Origin: Pseudomonadota bacterium
GTDB lineage: Bacteria; Bdellovibrionota_B; Oligoflexia; Oligoflexales; CAIYRB01
Direction: 5' to 3'
Assembly: GCA_031416315.1 (NCBI GenBank)
Contig: JANOTL010000035.1
Location: 1-64,000 of the forward strand
DNA length: 64,000 nt
The notes under the pieces are model-generated. The model worked only from the letters and a program-made list of their open reading frames with translations, was not told the DNA's origin and ran no database searches. Made by a program: the position numbers and the translations under genes. Position 1 is the stretch's first letter. Each line of letters starts with the position of its first letter. Shown here in pieces: positions 58,926 to 64,000 of the stretch.

Positions 58926-60632
58926 ATGCATCCCGCTCCTGCCGCCGTTTTCGCCGCCCTCGGGTTGGCGCTCGCCCTAGTCTGGGCGGCGCCGTCCCGT
59001 GCTGCGAGCATCTTCGATCTGCAGAAGGCGCGTGAGGTCGAGGTGGTCGGCCATGCGCGTCTGCAAAACCTGAATCCTGGCATCAACGTTTGGTACTTTC
59101 TCGAGCTTACCGTCCCGGGCGGCAAAGCGAGTTTCAACCTGACGAACTCGGCGCCGAGCCTGCGTCGGATCCATCTGGACCCGGAGTTTCACGAAGGCGT
59201 GCGGATCGATGAGGCCGGTGCGTCGGTCTTCTGCGAGCTCTGGAACGCAAAGGGTGACGGCCCCCTCGTCGCGGCCCGCGCGAAGCATGCGCCGTACGTC
59301 TCGTTGTGCGGCGGCAAGATCACGCTGAAGAGCGTCGCACAGGGTCGCGAGTCATTTAACGAGTGGTGCACGGATTTCCTTCGCCTGCATGTTCCGGGCG
59401 GCGAAAGCGTCATCACCATGGTGAAGAACACCATTTTCAGCGACAAAGAGATGATCACCGCCGACACCGCCGCCAACCCCACCGAGAGCGAGGCCGCGTC
59501 GAAGCCCGGCAAGCCCATGGACGCGTTGGTTGCCCGCGCATTCAATGGCGCGACTCTGCCGACCGGCAAGCTCGCGATCCGGATGAAGGAGCGGGACGGC
59601 AAGCCGATGGGCATCGGCCGTTGGTACGAGGCAGCGCTGGAGCCGGGCGTCTACGTGAGCCAGATCGAGCCGCGCTTCGTCGCGCCCGAGGTGCTCACGA
59701 GCTTCCCCGCGCGCGTCGGCGCCTTGAGCGCCGTCGAGGAAAAGGCGATCTCCTATCTCGTCGCGTTCGACCTGTCGCGCTTCTCCCTGGGCTACACTTT
59801 GGGCACCAAGCACCCGGGCGTCGAGTGGTCGCGGCGCTCGCCCGATTTCAGGAAGCTCGCGCGCAGCTCCGCGGGGCCGGACGGTTTTGGCTCGGTGAAA
59901 CCCTTGGCGGTGAACGGAATCGTGGGCCCCGAGTTCCTCTCGCGAGCGGTCGCCACTTTCACCGGCGGCTTCAAGCGCTACCATAGCGCGTTCAAGACGG
60001 GTCCATTCAGCGAGAAGAACAAAGGTAGCCACTACGGTTTTGTGGAGGACGGTGTCGTCTTCAGCAAGCTCGTGCCGGGACTCTCGACCATGGCGGCCGA
60101 CGCCGACGGGAAGATCTCGATGCGCACCTGGCGCGAAGGTGACGCGAAGAAGCTCGACAGCATCCGCTACGCTCGGCAGAACGGCGTGCCAATCGTCGTG
60201 CCGCTCGAGCCGAAAGAGGCGAAACTTTTCGGCGGCAGATTGGTGAGCAAGCCAGGCCTCTACGTCGATCAGTGGGGACAGGGCAACTGGTCGGGCGACG
60301 TGAAGAGCAAGAAGCGGACGCTCCGGACCGGCGCCTGCATGCAGGAAGAAGGCGGCAAACAGTTCCTGATCTTCGGCTACTTTTCCTCGGCGACGCCGTC
60401 TTCGATGGCGCGTGTATTCCAGGCGTACCGCTGCGAATATGCGATGCATCTCGATATGAACGCGCTAGAGCACACGTACATGGCGCTATTCAAGCGCAAT
60501 GGCGACGACTACAAGATCGAGCATCTTTCGCGCGGCATGGGCGTCTTCGACCACAAGGACGGGGACAAGCTCAGGCCGCGGTTCGTGGGGGAGCCGGATT
60601 CGCGCGACTTCTTCTTCCTGTATCGCCGCTGA
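58926..60632 (+). CDS. Secreted conserved hypothetical protein, possibly phosphodiester glycosidase (NAGPA)-like
   Basis: Signal peptide; ATFTGGFK, RQNG, LRTGAC, AMHLDMN. Confidence 0.65.
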   Translation: MHPAPAAVFAALGLALALVWAAPSRAASIFDLQKAREVEVVGHARLQNLNPGINVWYFLELTVPGGKASFNLTNSAPSLRRIHLDPEFHEGVRIDEAGASVFCELWNAKGDGPLVAARAKHAPYVSLCGGKITLKSVAQGRESFNEWCTDFLRLHVPGGESVITMVKNTIFSDKEMITADTAANPTESEAASKPGKPMDALVARAFNGATLPTGKLAIRMKERDGKPMGIGRWYEAALEPGVYVSQIEPRFVAPEVLTSFPARVGALSAVEEKAISYLVAFDLSRFSLGYTLGTKHPGVEWSRRSPDFRKLARSSAGPDGFGSVKPLAVNGIVGPEFLSRAVATFTGGFKRYHSAFKTGPFSEKNKGSHYGFVEDGVVFSKLVPGLSTMAADADGKISMRTWREGDAKKLDSIRYARQNGVPIVVPLEPKEAKLFGGRLVSKPGLYVDQWGQGNWSGDVKSKKRTLRTGACMQEEGGKQFLIFGYFSSATPSSMARVFQAYRCEYAMHLDMNALEHTYMALFKRNGDDYKIEHLSRGMGVFDHKDGDKLRPRFVGEPDSRDFFFLYRR

Positions 60633-60732
60633 ATTGCGAGCGTCGCCAGGTCGTTAAGGCCGAGCTCGACTAGGATATTGGCCGCCTCCGTTTTTTCCTT
60701 AAGACGCGCGCAAGCCGGGCCGATTAAGGTCC

Positions 60733-61908
60733 ATGATGATTCGCCTACGCAAAATTCATCTCGGCTCGGCAGTGCTCGCGACGCTTCTTTGGGGCGCCTG
60801 CAGCGACGGCAGCTCGCTCAGCGGCGCCGGCGGCAAGAAGAGCGCCAAGGGCGACAAGAAAACCGTCGAGAACAGCGACGACGAAGGCGATCAGGAGGAC
60901 GAGAAGTCCGACGCGCCCGTGCAAATCGCGGGCGCCTTCCTCGCCGCCGACTGCGCGCTCGACCCGACGGCGGTGCCGTCGGCCCTCGGTTTCGAGGTGA
61001 TCGGCTGCGCGATCTTCGACAAAACGACGCTGGCCAAAACGACGCTCGCCGACGCGAAGCTCGGCGAGGTCTTGTTCAACAAGGTCGACGGCTCGCGATT
61101 CGTCCCCGTGATGCAGAGCGCGCCGGCCGCGAGTCGGTGGCACGCGACGACGGAGTCGGACCGGGGCACGTTTGCGGCCGTCAAGTCGATCGTCGCCAGC
61201 TTCGACGCCGGGGGCACTCAGCACAAGCTCAAGTCGAAGCCGGGAGAGATTCTCGGCGGGGCGCCGCAACCGCCGCCGCCGGCTCCGCCTGATCCCGCCA
61301 CGATTCCGCCGCCTGCACCTCCCGCGGAGCCCGACATCGAGGTCGCCGGCGAGAAGCCGACGACGCCCGCGCTCGACCCGGAATCCCCGTTGCAAGGCCT
61401 TTGGGAAGGCTCGGTCTTGGAGTACGGCTTCGACGACTGGACGGGCGAGGGGGAAACCGGCAATTGGGACGATGCCGGTCTTTGCTTCCACGGTCCGGGC
61501 TTGAAATTTGAAGACGACAAGCTGACGGTGACGCAAAGTGGCACCCTCTTCTACCGCTTGGCGAAGGACGTCGCCGGCTGCGGGCACCGGGCCCGCATCC
61601 AAATCTTGAGGCTGGGCGGCGGCGCAAGCGACGCCTCGTTGGACTCGGGCCCGCACACCGAGGTGCTTTCCCAGCGAATCTTCGTCGAGCGCGGCGAGGA
61701 GATCCGCGTCGACTTCCTCGGCATCCACGAGGAGTTCTGCAATCCAGGGATCTGGAAGCCTTCGACCGACCGGCGCGCCGTCCGGACGAAAGTGAATTCT
61801 TGCAAATTCGATTATCACTTCACGTCCCAGGGCGTTGAAGCGCCGGATCGCGAAGGGAACAACCACTTGTGGCCTCCGGGAGCCCAAGGCGACGACGTCC
61901 ACGACTGA
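60733..61908 (+). CDS. Lipoprotein with Pro-rich linker
   Basis: Lipobox WGA-C; acidic linker, DAPVQIAGAFL, PPPPAPP. Confidence 0.8.
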   Translation: MMIRLRKIHLGSAVLATLLWGACSDGSSLSGAGGKKSAKGDKKTVENSDDEGDQEDEKSDAPVQIAGAFLAADCALDPTAVPSALGFEVIGCAIFDKTTLAKTTLADAKLGEVLFNKVDGSRFVPVMQSAPAASRWHATTESDRGTFAAVKSIVASFDAGGTQHKLKSKPGEILGGAPQPPPPAPPDPATIPPPAPPAEPDIEVAGEKPTTPALDPESPLQGLWEGSVLEYGFDDWTGEGETGNWDDAGLCFHGPGLKFEDDKLTVTQSGTLFYRLAKDVAGCGHRARIQILRLGGGASDASLDSGPHTEVLSQRIFVERGEEIRVDFLGIHEEFCNPGIWKPSTDRRAVRTKVNSCKFDYHFTSQGVEAPDREGNNHLWPPGAQGDDVHD

Positions 61909-61913
61909 ATTGC

Positions 61914-62264
61914 CTAGGCCAACGGCGCCAAAGCCTCGCGCTCCTCCGGCGTGAACACGCGCGAGCGCGTCAGGAAGCGGATGCCGTGCGGGATCTCGAG
62001 CGAGAAGCTCGCGCCGCGACCCGGCACCGCGTCGATGACGAGCTGCGTATGCTTCCACGCCTCGAACTGCGTGCCGGAGATGTAGACCGGATCGCCGTCG
62101 AGCGTGCCGAGGAGCACGTCGCGCTGGCCGATCTTGAACTCGGGGCGTGCGAAGCACATCGGCGCCGAGCCGTCGCAACAGCCGCCGCTCTGGTGAAAGA
62201 GTAAGGGGCCGTGCGCGGCGCGGAGCTTCAGGATCCATTCCATCGCGAGCGGGGTCGCGCCCAC
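61914..62264 (-). CDS. DUF779 family protein
   Basis: HGPLLFHQSGGCCDGSAPMC, QFEAWKHTQL, FSLE, RFLTRSR; start may lie further upstream. Confidence 0.93.
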   Translation of the reverse strand: MGATPLAMEWILKLRAAHGPLLFHQSGGCCDGSAPMCFARPEFKIGQRDVLLGTLDGDPVYISGTQFEAWKHTQLVIDAVPGRGASFSLEIPHGIRFLTRSRVFTPEEREALAPLA

Positions 62265-62341
62265 GCGTTGGACGCGCCCCTGCGCATCGCGAGGAATGGC
62301 GACCGGGGCACCGTCGGCCCCGACGTCGCAGGCCGTGTTGC

Positions 62342-63859
62342 TCAGAAGAAACCCATGGGCTTGGGATCGTAGGAAACCAAGATGTTTTTCGTCTGCGTGT
62401 AATGCGCGAGCATCATCTTGTGGTTCTCGCGACCGATGCCCGACTGCTTGTAGCCGCCGAACGAGGCATGCGCCGGGTACAGGTGATAGCAGTTCGTCCA
62501 GACGCGGCCGGCCTTGATCTCGCGCGCCATCTCGTAGGCGTCGTGGACCGAGCGGGTCCAGAGGCCGGCGCCCAAGCCGTAGAGCGAGTCGTTGGCGAGC
62601 TTCAGCGCGTCCTCGCGATCCTTGAACTTGGTCACCGCGACCACTGGTCCGAAGATCTCTTCCTGGAAGACGCGCATGCTGTTTTTGCCCTCGAAGATCG
62701 TCGGCTGCATGTACCAGCCGTTTTCCAGGCCCGCGACCTTCGCGCGCTCGCCGCCGGTGCGGATGGTCGCGCCTTCATTCTTGCCGACCTGAACGTAGGA
62801 TAGGATCTTCTCCATCTGGTCGCCGGAGGCCTGCGCGCCCATCATCGTCGTCGTGTCGAGCGGGTGGCCCATTTTGATCTTCTTGACGCGGTCGACGGCT
62901 TTCTCCATGAAGCGGTCGTAGATCTTCTCGTGGACGAGAGCGCGCGAGGGGCAGGTGCACACCTCGCCTTGGTTCAGCGCGAACATGGCGAAGCCCTCGA
63001 GGCACTTCTCGAAGAAGGCGTCGTCCTTGTCCATGACGTCGGCCATGAAGATGTTCGGGCTTTTGCCGCCGAGCTCGAGCGTCGCGGGGATCAGGTTCTC
63101 CGAGGCGTATTGGAGGATCAGGCGGCCGGTCGTCGTCTCGCCGGTGAAGGCGACCTTGGCGATGCGGGGCGAGGAGGCGAGGGGCTTGCCGGCCTCGATG
63201 CCGAAGCCGTTGACGACGTTGAGCACGCCTTTCGGCAGGAGGTCGCCGATCAGCTCCATCAGGACGAGGATGGAGACGGGGGTTTGCTCGGCAGGCTTCA
63301 GGACGACGCAGTTGCCTGCGGCGAGCGCCGGCGCGAGCTTCCACGCGGCCATGAGCAGCGGGAAGTTCCACGGGATGATTTGGCCGACGACGCCAAGGGG
63401 CTCGCGCAAGTGGTACGAGACGGTGCTTTTGTCGAGCTCCGCCATGCCGCCTTCGTCGCTGCGGATGGCCGCCGCGAAGTAGCGGAAATGGTCGATGCAG
63501 AGCGGCAGGTCGGCGGCGAGCGTCTCGCGCACGGCCTTGCCGTTGCCCCAGGTCTCGACGACGGCGAGCTTCTCGAGATTCTGCTCCATGCGGTCGGCGA
63601 TCTTCAGCAGCGTGTTCGAGCGCTCGGTCGCGCTGGTGCGGCTCCACGACGGGAATGCGGCGTGCGCGGCATCGAGCGCTTTCTCAACGTCCTTCTCGTC
63701 GGAGCGCGCGACCTCGGTGTAGGGCTTGCCGGTGACCGGGCACATTGCCTCGAAGTAGCGGCCGGCGACGGGCGGCACGAAGGCGCCGTTTACGTAGTTA
63801 CCGTATTGCTTGGCGAAGGTGACGAGCGCGCCGGCCGTATTCGGGTCTTTGTAGAGCAC
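62342..63859 (-). CDS. aldB: NAD-dependent aldehyde dehydrogenase (AldB/ExaC type)
   Basis: [53 protein letters not shown]. Confidence 0.93.
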   Translation of the reverse strand: MLYKDPNTAGALVTFAKQYGNYVNGAFVPPVAGRYFEAMCPVTGKPYTEVARSDEKDVEKALDAAHAAFPSWSRTSATERSNTLLKIADRMEQNLEKLAVVETWGNGKAVRETLAADLPLCIDHFRYFAAAIRSDEGGMAELDKSTVSYHLREPLGVVGQIIPWNFPLLMAAWKLAPALAAGNCVVLKPAEQTPVSILVLMELIGDLLPKGVLNVVNGFGIEAGKPLASSPRIAKVAFTGETTTGRLILQYASENLIPATLELGGKSPNIFMADVMDKDDAFFEKCLEGFAMFALNQGEVCTCPSRALVHEKIYDRFMEKAVDRVKKIKMGHPLDTTTMMGAQASGDQMEKILSYVQVGKNEGATIRTGGERAKVAGLENGWYMQPTIFEGKNSMRVFQEEIFGPVVAVTKFKDREDALKLANDSLYGLGAGLWTRSVHDAYEMAREIKAGRVWTNCYHLYPAHASFGGYKQSGIGRENHKMMLAHYTQTKNILVSYDPKPMGFF

Positions 63860-63919
63860 TGTCTTCCCCTTTTCACGAACGCGTAGTGAATTATGGGGGG
63901 AGGCTAGCTCTCTCTTCGC

Positions 63920-64000
63920 TCACTCCGCAAGCGTGAAGGATCCGGAGATGTGGCAAGGGCGGTCGAAGCTCATGTAATCGACGGTGAGCACGTAGGTTCC
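63920..64000 (-). CDS. 3' end of a gene running off the window
   Basis: Open frame GTYVLTVDYMSFDRPCHISGSFTLAE* with GC3-rich codons. Confidence 0.55.
   Translation of the reverse strand, partial: GTYVLTVDYMSFDRPCHISGSFTLAE

Overview
A gene-dense, high-GC bacterial chromosome segment with about 60 CDSs. I see no rRNA, tRNA, CRISPR array, transposase or phage genes. The many orphan Cys-rich lipoproteins and secreted proteins suggest a Bdellovibrionota (Oligoflexia-like) or Myxococcota organism; this is inference only. Recognisable genes: arsC divergent from katG; an NlpC/P60 hydrolase; a four-gene cluster (two GT2 glycosyltransferases, a Pol-beta-type nucleotidyltransferase-like protein, a SelO/kinase-like protein); a light-response module (HTH + B12-binding regulator divergent from lipocalin, DUF523/1722, TIGR01777-SRPBCC and photolyase genes); LysR/YceI; an SDR; an M48 protease; a TetA-like MFS pump; OppA; a SWIM-SNF2 ATPase with a very large disordered insert; GT61; a fatty-acid desaturase; a site-2 protease; a coiled-coil diheme cytochrome c lipoprotein; a MocR/DUF2917/EamA unit; a CDF transporter; a tandem cNMP protein; a VxrABC-like two-component locus; a CHASE2-cyclase-PilZ fusion; and aldehyde dehydrogenase plus DUF779. 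Signals the ORF track does not explain: two candidate structured RNAs (SNF2 leader, 35779-35922; a terminator/antiterminator rod upstream of the desaturase, 37910-38025), a G-quadruplex motif inside inverted repeats next to an rtcB remnant, a DUF2071 remnant, and a 19-bp perfect palindrome followed by heptamer repeats. All family calls come from reading motifs by eye; no database search was run.
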